A stretch of DNA of 64,000 bases, taken from Octopus vulgaris. Lineage: Eukaryota. The position numbers were made by a program, and so were the translations under genes. Each line of letters opens with the position of its first letter. The stretch's first letter is position 1. The stretch is taken from positions 127,224,001 through 127,288,000 of the forward strand of contig OX597815.1 in assembly GCA_951406725.2 (NCBI GenBank), given 5' to 3'. The notes under the pieces are model-generated. The model saw only the letters and a program-made list of their open reading frames with translations. It searched no databases and had not been told where the DNA came from. Shown piece by piece: positions 1 through 16,442 of this stretch.

Positions 1-975
1 AAATTTCTTCTCTAGTTCTGGTAGTGATTCTGCTATGAGGACCAGGTCATCAGCACAGAGGAGTTCACAGGGGCAACCTGTCTTGAATTCCTCTGTTATT
101 GCCTGGAAGTCTATGATGAATAAGATGGGGCCGAGGTCTGATACTTGGTGAACCCCTACTTCTACCCGGAATTCTTCACTATACTCATTTCCAATCTTAA
201 CCCTACTAACGGCATCTCCGTATAGGGCCTGTACAGCCCTTATTAACCATTCGTCAATCCCCAGTTTCTGCATCACCCACCAGATAAGAAATTGGGGGAC
301 CCTATCAAAAGCTTTCTCCAAGTCCACGAAAGCCAAATATAGGGGTTTATCTTTGGCTAGGTATTTCTCCTGCAGTTGATATACCAGGAATATAGCATCA
401 GTGGTGCTTCTACCTGGCACAAAACCAAACTGCATCTTATCTAGGCAGACTCTCTCCCTAATTAGTTGGGCTATGACCCTCTCCATGACCTTCATCACTT
501 GATCCAGCAGTTTGATACCCCTGTAGTTATTTCTATCTGAAGCATCACCTTTACCTTTGTAGCAGTTGACTATGGTGCTGCTACCATCACGAACTACCTG
601 GTTTATGATATGAGTGACTAGGCCATAGCCCACACCTACAAATGTTTTAAGCTTCTCAGCAGTGATTTCTGATGGGCCGGGGGGCTTTTCCTGGCTTCAT
701 ATCCTTAATTGTTTTATCTACCGGGATGGTGTCTATTCAGATAGCTGGTTCCTCTACTGGGTCAACATTTGGCAGGCTCTCCTCCTCCCATTCATTCTCC
801 ACATTCAGCAGTCTTTCATAATGGCTCCTCCAAGCCTCTTTCTTTTCTGAATCATTAAAAGCAAGTACACCATCATCCATGCGGACACATTTCTCTCGTG
901 TGACATCACAATTTTCTCTCACACACTGTCTTGCAATCCAGAATACTTCAGTTCTTTGGTCCTCACGTCACTGGA
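1..975 (-). mobile_element. RTE-clade LINE, reverse transcriptase fragment (decayed, runs off the window edge)
   Basis: - strand reads ..QFGFVPGRSTTDAIF.. and ..LCADDLVLIAESLPELEKKF (YADD-type motif), plus the RENCDVTREKCVRMDDG ORF; frameshifted. Confidence 0.85.
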
Positions 976-1329
976 CATTGGTTACGAGTCCTTGTCTATG
1001 AGTCCTATATAACTGGACTGTGCAGATCATCACAAACTAGTGGGCTGTGTAGCTGACCAATTTGTATTGTGGCAACCCTACACTATCCCTATCCTCTGAC
1101 CTAACAAATACTCTATCTAGATATTATCAGGATGAAACATTTTGGTTACATACATTCACACACTCCACTCTGAAAACGACTATATTTAGCAGAGAAGCAA
1201 AATAGAAGAAGGTCAATTACCTTGAATTTTGAGACGGTCAGCTGATTCAGCTGCCTTGTCAGAAAAATCATCATTAATGAAAGACCTTCACAAATTCCTT
1301 TTGTCTGGCTTTAACCTAAAGAGCTCAAT

Positions 1330-1890
1330 GTCATTTGGATATATTATTTTTTTTAGTTCCAAATAAGCATTTGTGTCAGTTCTTATAAACTGTCTGTCAT
1401 GGGGAGTTTTCGACAAGTTTGTTGAACCCTACTCCTTTTGTATACCATGTTCATACCATGTGTTTCCAGCTTCAAATCATTTCAGGCAAAGCTTCCACTG
1501 CAAAAATTCACCATGCCTCCATTTCTTGTATGCTTCCTGTGCTAACTGGGGACATTCTTCAACAATGCATGCCACTGTCTTGTCACAGATTCTACAATTT
1601 TCTGATACATTCTTCCCATGTACATTTTACCTCAAATTCTTTGCTTCTATCACCTACAATTACGTTTTCTGTTTCTTTTTTTATTGCACTATGTTTTTTT
1701 AGCCAAGCCTAGGATTTTGTTCCTCATATATCTTCAGTGGCTCTCTTACAAAGGTTTTCTTCAATCTTTGAATTTCATTCTTGTCCTTTTCTCCTATTCC
1801 ACACTTGACTATCTGTTTCTTATTCTTTCTCTTTAGTAGTTTCTCTGCATTGTTCTGCAACATTTTTGTTTCTTTTAGCCAAGCCCAGGA
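1330..1890 (-). mobile_element. R4/Dong-type (RLE) LINE, decayed C-terminal fragment
   Basis: - strand CRICDKTVACIVEECPQLAQEAYKKWRH...WYEH resembles the zinc-knuckle region of the better-preserved copy at 6235..8765. Confidence 0.6.
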
Positions 1891-1906
1891 TCATCATTAT
1901 AATTAT

Positions 1907-2432
1907 TGAGTGAGAGAGTGAGAGTGACACTGAGGCAAAATATACAAAGCCCAATATACCTATAATGACTACCCACCTGATACAAGTGCACCAGGCGTGT
2001 GCATCACAACCATACATGTGCAACATGGTGATCTCATATCAAGGTAACAGTGCATAACCTTACAAGTGGGGCCCAGTTAAAATTTTCCTCAAGTCAAGTA
2101 GCCCATCCCACTCAAAAGATCCCTGATTAAAGTTTATTAAGTATGTTGAAAGAAACACCCATGTTTCCAGAGGTGACTTATTCAAACCCCAAAGAATTCC
2201 TCTCAACTCATGGTTATGATGCTCCCCAATACTTCTTCTAGTGATCAGAGATGCACATATCATCAGCCATCAACTGGTTAAGGTCAAACAACTCACAAGC
2301 AAATCTGTGGTATTGAGCAGAATATTTGCTGTAGCCCATCTTTTATACCAAGACAAAACAATGTACATGATAGTACTTCCAATCAGTTAAGATCAAAAGC
2401 CATAAGGGCCACTGCCTGGTGCTGCATCAGGG
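1907..2432 (-). mobile_element. ~530-bp non-coding interspersed element, copy 1 (SINE-like, flanked by TAA repeats)
   Basis: Colinear with 8813..9348 over its full length; both copies are bounded by (TTA)n; orientation inferred from the (AAT)n tail. Confidence 0.7.
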
Positions 2433-2443
2433 AAGTTATTAAT

Positions 2444-5400
<2,957 letters not shown>

Positions 5401-5603
5401 CTTGATACTTAATCGAGCAGTTACAACTTTAGCAGTGGAAGAGATGAGGTTATTTAAGGTTGTAAAGTCATTTCTCTCATTTCTTATGATCTGTCTAAGA
5501 GCAACATTAAATATCATGATTATGTTGTTAGTTTTTATACTGTTTGAGAGCTTTGGTAGCAATTCTCTACCACCACCACCACCATCACCACCACCGCCCC
5601 CCT

Positions 5604-5638
<35 letters not shown>

Positions 5639-5664
5639 TATTATCATTATTATTATTACTATTA

Positions 5665-6200
5665 ACTTCTTTTGATTTTGTTTGTTTCTTGCTGAGTGTC
5701 TTCCTGACACCTAGGGTAAAGAGACTCACTACATACATTTGTAGGCCCTTAAAATAAAGACACCAGATTGTTCACATCACATTGGCTTGGAAATTCTGGG
5801 TCAATAAGCTTTGATCTTGAGCAGCCAGGATAAAGCTTTCACTCTGTGCCTTTAGCCCTGAGTGCCATAACCACTGATGCATGTGCTTCTTGTCTACATC
5901 AGCTTGTTCATAACAGGTCACATATTTGCCATGCAAAAACTTTTGTCCCCACCCACCAACCAATTGTTCAAACACATTTTACTTTGCTAATTCAGATTTT
6001 GTCCAATCTACAAAAGCTGCTGAATATCCAAGTAATGATATTGCCCAAGTATTTACAGCTTTCTCTAGATTCAGACCATTTCGTTTTCAGTTCCTTAGCT
6101 TCCTCACCCTTCTATTGTACTCCTTCTCAATTTTCACTTCCATTTCTGCAGGTAGTACTCTGTCAGATTCTAATACTCCTAATATACATTCTCTGTAACC
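5665..6200 (-). mobile_element. R4/Dong-type LINE fragment
   Basis: ORF 5772..5975 LHGKY..HQWLWHSGLKAQSESFILAAQDQSL; bounded by TAA/TGA triplet repeats. Confidence 0.75.
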
Positions 6201-6234
6201 CTTTACTTTATTATTATTATCATTATCATTGTCA

Positions 6235-8765
6235 TTTACTTTTAATCTGCATGTTTGATGCAATCACTTGCCGGGGCACACCCAGCGCCCTAGGGCAAGT
6301 GAAGGTTAAGAGTTGTTGAAATATAGCTGAAAGCTTGGGGAGGGGAAGTAGAGAAATATCTCCATGTAATACAAACACAAACATTTACATTGATAGAGTT
6401 TTTCTAAGGATGTGGGCAGTACTTGTTAGCACAATCTTTTGGATTTCCTTGAGACATGGTTCTCCAGGGATATTGTCTAGGTGTTTCTGACATCCCTTTT
6501 TTATCAAACCTAGGGCACCTACAATAACAGGAACAGTTTTTGTTTTAAGATTCCACATCTTTTGTATTTCGATTTCCAGGTCCTTATATTTACTAAGTTT
6601 GTCAAATTCCTTTACAGATACATTTTTATCAGTGGGGACGCTTACCTCTATTAGTCTGCAGGTATTTTCTTCCCTGTCTTTAACAATTATGTCTGGTCGA
6701 TTAGCCTTGATCGTTCTGTCAGTGTTGACTGGAAAATCTCAGAGGATGGTGACATCCTTACCTTCAACAACTGGCTGAGGATGGTGTTCATACCAGTTAG
6801 CAGGAGTGTCGAATTTGTAGTATTTACATATCTTCCAATGTATATACTGTCCTACCCTATCGTGGCGATTTTTGTATTCGTTTGGTGTCAGCACAGGACA
6901 TCCTGAAACGAGATGGTCTATCGTTTCGTCAAATGTGTCGCAGAATCTGCATTTAGGGTCAGTACTGTTTCGGACAACGTTAGCCTGGTAATTTCTGATA
7001 AACAAGCTTTGATCTTGTGCTGCCATTATGAAGCCTTCAGTTTCTGCTTTCGATCCAGAACTCTTCAGCCACTGATGGGTTGTTGCTTGGTCTACATCAG
7101 CATTTTGGCTTCGGAGAATATATTGTCCATGCAGGGGCTTCTGGCTCTACCGCCTCTCAATTTGATTCTGCCCGTTCTTTTTTGCAGTCTGCTTGATTTG
7201 CTTTGCTTGCTTGGTAGCAGTGGTTTCCAGCTCTTCATCTGATTCAAGGTTAATGTTTAGTTCCCTTTCGAACATATAGGCTTCCTTGACAATAGAATGC
7301 AGCTTTTTGCTGCTTTCGTGTTCGCACACAAGTCGCAGCATCCAGTCCTTTGTACTAGATAGGTACCTGTTCATTCCTACAGCTCTAATTGCATCATTCC
7401 TCTCCCCCCGCTGCTTCTAGGTAGGTACAGGCGGTCTACATCTGCCTTAGGGTGGTGCATGCTCTTGGATGTCAGTAATTTTCTTGTCTTCCAGTCAAAG
7501 CGTTGGAGTTCCGTAAGGTTCCAGTTAATGATGTTAAAACTGTACTGGACTACTGGAAGCACCAGGGTGTTAATGGCCTCAATGCAATTTTTGGAGTTGA
7601 GTTCAGTCTTCAGTACAAGCCTTATTCTCCTATAGTATTCCTTTCTTATTTTTTCCTTCATAGTAGTATGATATATACCATCTCCTTCATTGATTCCTAG
7701 GTATTTGTAACTTTCTTGTGGGTCAAGTTCCTTGATGGTAGTGTCAATATCTAATTTAACAGAAGCTGTTTGCCTGAGCTTGCCTCTTACAAAAGTTGCT
7801 TTAGCACACTTATCAAGGCCAAAATCCATTCCGATATCATTGCTAAACTCTTTAACAGTTGTTAGCAGCCCTTCTAACTCTTGGTCATTCCTGGCAAACA
7901 GCTTTAGGTCGTCCATATAGAAAAGGTGGTTTATTAACTTACTAAAAACTTTGTACCCATATCTGGTACTATCCAATTCGTTTGAGAGTGGGATCAGTGC
8001 CATGCAAAAAAGTAATGGAGAGAGGGAGTCACCTTGAAAGATGCCTCGTTTGATGTTGATGCTGTTGGACTGGCTCATCCCATTACTATGGCTTAGAAAG
8101 AGACGTGTGTTCCACATGGTCATGCTATTCTCTAAGAATTTTGAGACGACAGGAGAGATCTTGTATATCTCAAGGGCCTTGAGTATCCATTTATGTGGGA
8201 CACTGTCATACGCTTTCCTGTAGTCTATCCATGCCATACTCAGGTTTTTGTTTTTGCTCCGGCAATTCTCTACAATCATTCTGTTTTTGAGCAATTGGTC
8301 TTTGCACCCATAAGAGTTTCTTTTACAACCTTTTTGAGCTTGTGGAAGGATAGAGTTTTGTTCAAGGAAAGTGTACATTCTCTCCGTTATTATGGATGTG
8401 AGGATTTTGTAGGTGGTGTTGAGACATGTTATTGGCCGGTAATTCTTTGGGTTTTTTGTGTCTTCGGTTTTAGGTAATAGGTAGGTGGTTCCTTCAGTCA
8501 GCCAAGCAGGTATTTGCTCTGGGTTCTGAATGACATCAGACAGAGCTGCAGCGAGATTTTCGTGTACCTCTGTCAAACAATTCAGCCAAAAGTTAGGGAT
8601 CCGATCCAGTCCTGGGGTTTTCCATTTATGAGCCTTCCTAAGGACACACCTTAGCTCCTCTATTCCTATTGCTTCCCATTTCTGTTCTTCAAGTTCATCC
8701 AGTCTCTCTTTCTCACGTTCTATCCAGTCAGCCTCAGCATTAAACTCTTTTTCGTTGCTCCATAC
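6235..8765 (-). mobile_element. R4/Dong-type non-LTR retrotransposon, 5'-truncated, near intact
   Basis: RT motifs NYRPITCL, IDYRKAYDSVPH, GIFQGDSLSPLLF, HLFYMDDLKL; CCHC knuckle CRFCDTFDETIDHLVSGC; RPD..RLE region; only isolated stops (7377, 6739); (TAA)-like repeats at both ends. Confidence 0.93.
7377..8576 (-). pseudogene. Reverse transcriptase ORF of the R4/Dong-type LINE (399 aa open segment)
   Basis: ORF track; full set of non-LTR RT motifs. Confidence 0.92.
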
Positions 8766-8812
<47 letters not shown>

Positions 8813-8814
<2 letters not shown>

Positions 8815-9348
8815 GAATGAGAGAGCAGTGCATACTATCTAAGTGACAGTGAGATAAAATGTACAAAGCCAACTATACCTATTATGACTACCTGTTTGAC
8901 AAGAGTACACTAGGAGTATGTATCATAACCATATGTGTGCAACATGACAAGATAAACAGTGCATAACCTTGCAGTTGGGATCCAGTTAGAATTTTCTTCA
9001 GGTCAAGTAAGTCATCCCACTCAAAAGGCCCCTGAATAAGGGTTGTTTAAGGATGTTGAAAGAAACACCAATGTTTCCAGAGGGAAATTATTTAAACCCC
9101 AGAGAATTCCTCTCTGCACATGGCTATGATGCATCCCCACTACTTTTACTCATAATCAGAGATGCATATATCATCAGCCACTAAGGGACATGCTCAACTG
9201 GTTAAGGTCAAAGAAGTGACAAGCAAATCTGTGTTTTTTTTTTGTAGTAGACTATCTTTTATACTATGACAACACATGTACATGATAACACTTCCAATAT
9301 GTTAAGATCAGAAACCATGAAAACCAGTGCCTAGTATTGCATCAGGAT
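8813..9348 (-). mobile_element. ~530-bp non-coding interspersed element, copy 2
   Basis: Matches 1907..2432; (TTA)n on both sides. Confidence 0.7.
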
Positions 9349-10103
9349 GTTTATTATTATTATTATGATTATTTTTATTATTATTATTGATGCTATCTTT
9401 ATTGAAATGGTTTTTTTGATATTTCACTGATTTATACCAGCTATAATGCATTTTAGATTTGATAAGGTTGAAAAAGAAATTCTTATCCTATGTGTATTGG
9501 TAATGTTTACTCAATGAGGGAAAAATTTTCCTCAAAGGAAACAAATAGCTTTTTAGAAAATCCAAGGTGGGTTAAATCATATTCTTTTCTACTCAAGGCA
9601 CAAAGCCCAAAATTTTTAGGGAGGGGGCCTGTCAATATGCAAGTGGTACTTAATTTAACGACCTCGAAACTATATGAGTTACATTATATTATGTCATCAT
9701 TGCCTAGTTCAGCCAACTTTCTGGATTTGTGGCATCTAAATTTGTGTTTCAGCTTACCTGTTTATACCTGTTTAAAACTTTCGCCTGAAGATGGTGGATT
9801 TATGCTGATATAATCTATAAATGCATCCATAGAATTCTCCTTAAACAGGCGTAGTAAATTTTAGCCCCCTTTGTGTTCTTTTTACACCTATACCATACTT
9901 GAAACCTACTGTTCAAATTGGATTTGGCACTTACATATCTTCATATCTACAGCATACACTAACACATGATACCTCATTGTTGTCTACCTCACTGTAAACG
10001 TCATGTTATGGTACCTAGCCAGTTCTGGCATCCAATGTGTTAACATGCCTTGATACATACATACATACATACATACATACATACATACATACATACATAC
10101 ATT

Positions 10104-10480
10104 ATCATCATCATCTAACATCCATTCTCAATGCTAGCATGCATTGGACGATTTGAAAGGGGCTGGGTAGGCAGAAAAATATACCAGGCTTCACTGTATA
10201 TTTGGGCAGGATTTTTATGGTTTGATGTGCTTCCTAACACCAACAATCTTACAGAGTGAACTGAGTTTTTTTTTTTTGTGGCACCAGTGCCTCTTTTGGC
10301 ATGGTTTTTACAGTTGAATGCCCTTCCGAGTATCATCCACATTACAGTGTGGAGTGGAAGTACCAGCACTGGAGAGTAACCAAGTAACTTGCAGGACAAA
10401 GATCGTTTGATGTAGCCTTGTGCCAGGTGATGAGAGGTTACAGTGTAACAAAGGGATAGAAACAGCTGTCTTGCTGTAGA
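10104..10480 (-). mobile_element. RTE LINE 3' tail fragment
   Basis: Reverse complement of the tail seen at 40790..40935, ending in (GAT)n. Confidence 0.65.
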
Positions 10481-10504
10481 AGAGATGTATTGTTACCCAA
10501 TAGA

Positions 10505-10535
<31 letters not shown>

Positions 10536-11679
10536 TGCATGATCAAGAATGAGAGAGTGTGTGGAAGTGAGCAAGAGGGTGAGAGTGCAAAACAGAATAG
10601 AAGAGAGATGGTAGTGAAATGTCAGGCTATACCCTCAAGGTACAGGGATCACAATTTAAATGAGATGGTAGAGTATTGCTAAGGGTGCATCAGTATTCTA
10701 TGCCAGCATGAGTTGGACAGTTCAATGGCACTGTACCAAATGACTAAGCCTAGCTCCAATGTCTACTTTGGCATGGTTTCTATGGTCACCAGTAACTCAC
10801 AAGACAAGACCCCTCGAAAGATTTAGGTACAGTGCTGAAGGAGGTGTCTTTGTTCCAGTTGTTAAAAGACAAGATAGAGGGACAGAAAAAGGTGTCTTGC
10901 TGCAGAGGAGGTATGTGTTTATCCCATCTGCAAAGGGAGAAAAGACAGTGGAGATGAGGGGTCAGGACATACTCTCAAGTTATAAGAAGGAGAGGGAATA
11001 AGAACAGAGAATCAAAGATTTCTGGGTGGATAGATTCGTGAGAGTGTGAAAGGAGAGTGATAGGCAGTTAGAGATGGGGATAGAGGGGAATGCAGTGAGT
11101 TGTCAATGTGGATGGAGATGTGGTCAATAGTGAATCTCAGGTTTATGGGGAGGATAACGGAAAATAGGAGTGGATCAGAGAGAAGGTGATGATAGGTGGA
11201 AATATGTAGAAATGGGACATGGAGAGCAACGGTATAATAAAACTGTATATAGATGAGAAATAGGGAGATATTATATGGGAGAAAAAGAAGCTACACAGAA
11301 GCAGATATGAAAGTGAAAGGCATGTAGGGGTGGATACATTGAGGGACAAAACTGTGGGACATTGATGGTAGATATGAGAAGGTGTTAAGGGGAAATGGGC
11401 ATTACCTAGAAAATAAAATGATAAGGGATGATGTTGAGAGTGTTGGGTGGATGACAACAGATGTGGCTCCTAGGGGAGGGATATCTGGTAGCAGAAAAGG
11501 AAGGGTAGAATATGGGTAGTTCCGCTGAAGAATTTGGGCCATAGTTAGAAGGTTGATTGTATGATGGGTGTTGCAAAGATGAGTTGTGACAGGTACAGAT
11601 GGGTGCAGTGGTACAGGCATTAACAATGCGCTTTCCATACCTCATTTTGTTTTTATGAGATGGGTAAGGTGTCTTGTGC

Positions 11680-12030
11680 ACACTGAATCTCTAATCAGCT
11701 CAGTCTTTTATGCAAGGTTCAACAACCTGACACTGGTCTTCACTACTTCATTTCATGTTTTCCTGAATCGTCTTCTTTCATAAGTTCCATCTACATTCAA
11801 CAGTCTGTACTTCTTTATGCAGCTGTGCTCATCCATACCCATCACAAGACCATATCAGCAGTCTTCTCTTTTGTACACCACATCTGGTACATCTTTTGCC
11901 CAATTTATCTCTCAGCACATATGCACTTTGTCATACATATACATTAATCTGACACATCCAGTAGAGCATGCATACGCATCTCATTTCTTTCAAGTATTCT
12001 TATGCCTTCTGCAGTCATGTTCAATACTTC
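11680..12030 (-). mobile_element. Decayed RTE LINE C-terminal fragment
   Basis: - strand RCGVQKRRLL..GMDEHSC matches 27610..27690 and 35200..35330. Confidence 0.55.
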
Positions 12031-12107
12031 ATTTCCATGAAGCATTAGAAAGAGAGAGGGAGAAAGAACGAGAGAGAATCTTTTGAAAGAAAATGTCAAA
12101 TTATTAC

Positions 12108-12206
12108 CTCTGGTATTGTTACTTTATAGCGTTGACTTCCGAAAACTGGAACATTATCATTTTCATCAAGAATTATTAAGGCACAGAAACCACCTACTGA
12201 GCCATC
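12108..12206 (-). CDS. Cadherin-repeat gene A, coding exon 5: DGSVGGFCALIILDENDNVPVFGSQRYKVTIPE
   Basis: ttcag acceptor and gtaat donor; 99 nt, phase 0/0; Ca-binding DxNDNxPxF and Y-x-V-x-I-P-E cadherin motifs. Confidence 0.92.
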
Positions 12207-13329
12207 CTGAATTTAAAAAACAGATATTCAAATGTTATAATTCCATAAAATTTCAAAGACATGAGTTCTACTTTTACATTGCAAAACTGCTTTTACATCA
12301 CAAAAAAGCATTACATAAGATGACTCAACACTTTTGCAATCATTTGTATGAACTCATTACAAAATAAATTGTTGATTCTTATTTTATCATTGCTGCTGAT
12401 AGAACAGAGAATAAGACAAATTTACAAATTGAATTTGAATAATATATATTTCACAAGCAAAATATCTAATTAGAAAATCTCTATAAGACATGAAAGTAGT
12501 AACTATACTGAGAAGTAATGTTTGTCACCACTTCAACATGGCTGGCTGTTCTTGGGGTTAAAATTGGTAGTAACACCAGTTCATACAGAAAAAGTCATGT
12601 TGAAGTGGCAACAAATATTACTTCTCAATATATATTTAGTTGTATCTTGGGAGAGTCAATACACAAATAAGAACAACATATGCACAGGTTTAATTCCACT
12701 TCTTTATTCTTAGTCAATTGGTTAAATATCTAATTATTTCACTAACTGAACACTTGTTTAATGTATTGGTTAAACCAGTGGTTCCCAAACTATGCAGTAC
12801 CAACCCCCTGCAGGAGTAGAAAGATCCAAGGAGGCATTGAAAGAAAGGAGAAATGGATGGCAATACTCCACTCTATTTTTCAATGGTGTACTCAAGTTTA
12901 GAAATTAGTGATTAAAAATCTACAAGCAACAACAGAACAGAAATTAAAAAAAGAACAACAGTTTTCTAACAAAGCTGGTCATAATTTTCCAGAAAGATGT
13001 AAACAAATGATTTCAATCAAAAACAATGGCAACAGTGAGATGCAAAGAATATATATATATATACATATTGAGATTCAGTTGAATTAGGTACTTAAATTGA
13101 AGCACCAACTCAGTTCGGTATTATTTGCACAGCTCGAAGAAATGTGAAGATGATGATGATGATGATGATATACATATATATATATATATTTATATATATA
13201 TACATAACTCTACAAAGTGTTAACTTTTACCTTACTGACAGCATTTCTTTACATAGTTAGTATGGATCTTCCAAGCCATTCGCCTAGCTTTCTTAGTGGT
13301 CATCTGATTACAGAGCAAGAAACTTTTTC

Positions 13330-13500
13330 TCTATGTTGATGACAGTACAGTGGCTTACTTTTTTAGTTAAGCTTTCTCTTGCAAGTGTCTCATTAGGAAC
13401 AAAGTATCCATAATACTTTTCCCTGGCACAAAACTGAACTGTGTCTTATCTAATCTCAATTTGTTTCTAATTGAGCTATTTCCATAACTAATGTAGTGAG
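13330..13500 (-). mobile_element. RTE LINE RT fragment
   Basis: LRLDKTQFSFVPGKSIMDTLFLMRHLQEK. Confidence 0.7.
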
Positions 13501-14459
13501 ACATGTTGGCATTATTTTGTTGTGGCAACATAGCACAGTTGTGTTTTGCCAATTTCATCAATTTACTTCTGATTGTGGAAGGATATATGTGGCAACTACT
13601 GCTCAACAGTACGTTGCTGTTGGACCAGCAAGACGAAAACACCTCATTGCTATTGATACTTCAAGTCAACAAGATGTAGTCATTGATTTATCAATTTTAA
13701 CTTGCCTAGCAACCTTAGTGGCTTTTACAATATACCTGTTTTGTTTTACCCATTTTTATAACCTGTTTGGAAACTTGGCTGATTAGCCCAACCTAGCAGC
13801 TTTCACAATATATCAGCTGAAGTCTTGTTCACTGTTTATAACTAATTTGGAAACTTTGGTAAAGTAGACAGCTCTGTCTGTACTTTTAGTATTCCTGCTG
13901 AAATGTTATTACAGTTCTTATAACCAGCTTAAGGCTTTGTCAATTTTGACAGTCCTAGTGTCTTTATTATAATTCAGCTATGCTTCTTTAACATTGTTCT
14001 TATTCAAACCTATGCATCCTTTTCTGGCGTTTATCTGTATTCATCCTACAGTCGGTGAAATACCCAATTTAAATTATGTCGTAAGTTATGCCAGATTAAA
14101 TCATGTCTTGCTACACACATATTCTTAAACAAATAGTTGATGTTCATTAACATTCACAAGAGGAAAATATTTCTTCATATGCACTTTGTTCAGTGTTCAT
14201 TAAAAATGTAAAAATAAATTATTATGTGGGAAAAAAGATTATGCCTTCTGAACTTCTTGAAACATAGAACTCTTTTGCTTCGGTGACATTCCTCACTAAA
14301 AATTGGTGACCTATAGTATTAGGTTTATGTTATAACTGCCATCCATCAGTCTTGCAAATTATGAAAAAATACTAATGTAGGATACTAAAGAGCAGCATCT
14401 GAGACAACTACGTAGTTCAAACTTCAACCTGCAAACTTAGTCACAGATAGTATATATAT

Positions 14460-14610
14460 ATTGGGCAAACATAGCCAAGCAGTTCAGAAGTCAACTTCCT
14501 AACTGAGTAGTTTTGCATGATACCTTGGGCAAGTATCTTCTACTATCACCCTGAGCCAATCAAAATTTTGGGAGTGGATTCAGTAATCAGAAACTGAAAG
14601 AAACCAGTTA
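14460..14610 (+). mobile_element. Decayed 5' part of a tRNA-derived SINE (same family as 49943..50298)
   Basis: ccttgggcaagt..ttctactat..gagtggatt..gaaactgaaagaa block. Confidence 0.55.
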
Positions 14611-14647
14611 TGTGCATGAATGTGTGTGTGAGTGTATACATGCATGC

Positions 14648-14690
<43 letters not shown>

Positions 14691-15233
14691 TCAGTTTATT
14701 TACATCTGCACTTGCTTAATTGAAAGTCACAACATCCAAGCAGTATTCTTTTTGGCATTTCTCTACTTGCTTCATGCCTTCAAAGTCATGTGACATATGA
14801 GATTCCTTGAAAAATATGTAAGAATTAGAATCTGGAAAAACATTCAGCTAAAAGATATTGCTTCAATAACCAGTTTACCTTATGCACACCAGCATGGAAA
14901 AACAGTTATAAAAATGAATGAACACACAAACGAAAAGCATATCATTATCATAATGGCTAGCAGAAAACAAGGTGGTTTTTCTGCTGGTACATTTATGATA
15001 GTTTTCAAATAACTTAAGGTTTCTAAAATTTTAAAGGAGAAAATATGAGACCAGATTCCCAATTGAGTTTCTTTCAATTTAAATGAAGTTACAATCACAT
15101 ATTCTCCCATTATTTTCTGATTATATTAAAGCTATACATACATTTGGAATTAAATATAAGGAATTCAGCTTTCAATTTATGTGTCAACTAAGCCAATCAT
15201 AAAAAGTTAAGTATTAGAAGTATATATTCTTAC

Positions 15234-15266
15234 CATAAACTCAGGAGTAAACTCAACATATCCATT
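15234..15266 (-). CDS. Cadherin-repeat gene A, coding exon 4 (33-nt microexon): NGYVEFTPEFM
   Basis: ttttgcag acceptor and gtaag donor; phase 0/0; fits between DREKVP and DGSVGG. Confidence 0.75.
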
Positions 15267-16442
15267 CTGCAAAATAATACAAAGAATTGTGTTCTTATTC
15301 AAGAAATTAATGTTTTATTATAAATACATAAATAATAGTATATATGTCTGATACAGGCAAAATATAAGCAAAACCTTAATTCAACAATACTCTTCTCCCA
15401 ATTATCAAGTTATATTCTCTCTATGTCATTGTTAATAATATCACACTGTCTCTGATTCTTACCAAGTTGGCTAAAAGTACCTCATCCAACTTAACTTACC
15501 CTATACTTCAAACAAAACAGATTTTGAAATCCTTCCTCCCCAGATATGCTTCCTTTAAGCACTCCTTCTCTGCCTGTTTTTATCTCCTCAGCCTCACATT
15601 TTCAAATATTCTAACAAAACATTAACTTTATTCATCTTCCCACCATACTTTTTGCAACTGTCAAACATTACTTAAAACAAATGAAAACTCCTCTGTAAAT
15701 ATAATCAAAATTCTCAATAAAAGCTACAAAGAAATAATGCATATACCAGTATCATACATAATTCTTTCTACTGTAGACACAAGCCCTGAAATTTTAGGGG
15801 AAAGGTGGCTAACCGATTACATCAACCCCAATGCTCAACTGGTAATTATCCCTCTATCACTGGTATCATGATAAAAACACAGTCTGCTTTTTGAAATAGT
15901 AAACATAACATGCTGCTCGATTTTAAACCAGTTTCTGGATATTTAGATGCTTTTAGCAAGGTCCAGGCTGTTGCTGCAATTATTCAAACTGTAACTCAAT
16001 TCAAGGGAAAGCTGAAATCTTCACACTTGATTTTCACTTGTGACTTCATACAATCTGCAAGATATTGCACTTTCGAAATTGCACTTGAGATTTCTCATTT
16101 GTTATCAAGAAAATCCATACTAATGTCCAAGAATTCTCATATCTGACACTTTTCAGTCTCATTAATAGTCACCAAGTGCAAAACCTTCTCTGTTTACTTT
16201 AGTCTACCACCACTCTCAGACAGTGTGCTCTCAAATGGGCCTATATTCTCAATTAACCAATGAACTTTTTATCATTTTATGTCTCATCCCATTTTCAACT
16301 GAGTGACTACAAGTTTTATAGATAAAGATAAATGAAAATGCCCTTATCAACAATGCTGTTTTGTTTTTTATTCATTTTATTTCATTTTCATTATTTATTA
16401 ATGTCAGCATGTGGAAATTATTTCAAGAAGTTTTGTACATAC

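Noticed and set aside
1221-1290. Possible next exon of the cadherin gene (CAAG|GTAAT donor on - strand)
   Set aside because: Translation lacks cadherin motifs, no good phase-0 acceptor, and it adjoins decayed LINE sequence
6739-6741. In-frame TGA in the LINE ORF as programmed recoding
   Set aside because: Falls at a position that is normally Trp (ILWD); a TGG-to-TGA decay mutation is simpler, and a second stop exists at 7377
9755-9910. Exon candidate or hammerhead (CTGAAGA...GAAA)
   Set aside because: Stops precede the GTAAG donor in all frames, and I could not build consistent stems I and III
12775-12840. hAT transposon starting CAGTGGTTCCCAAAC
   Set aside because: Only one terminus seen; no matching right end or 8-bp TSD found
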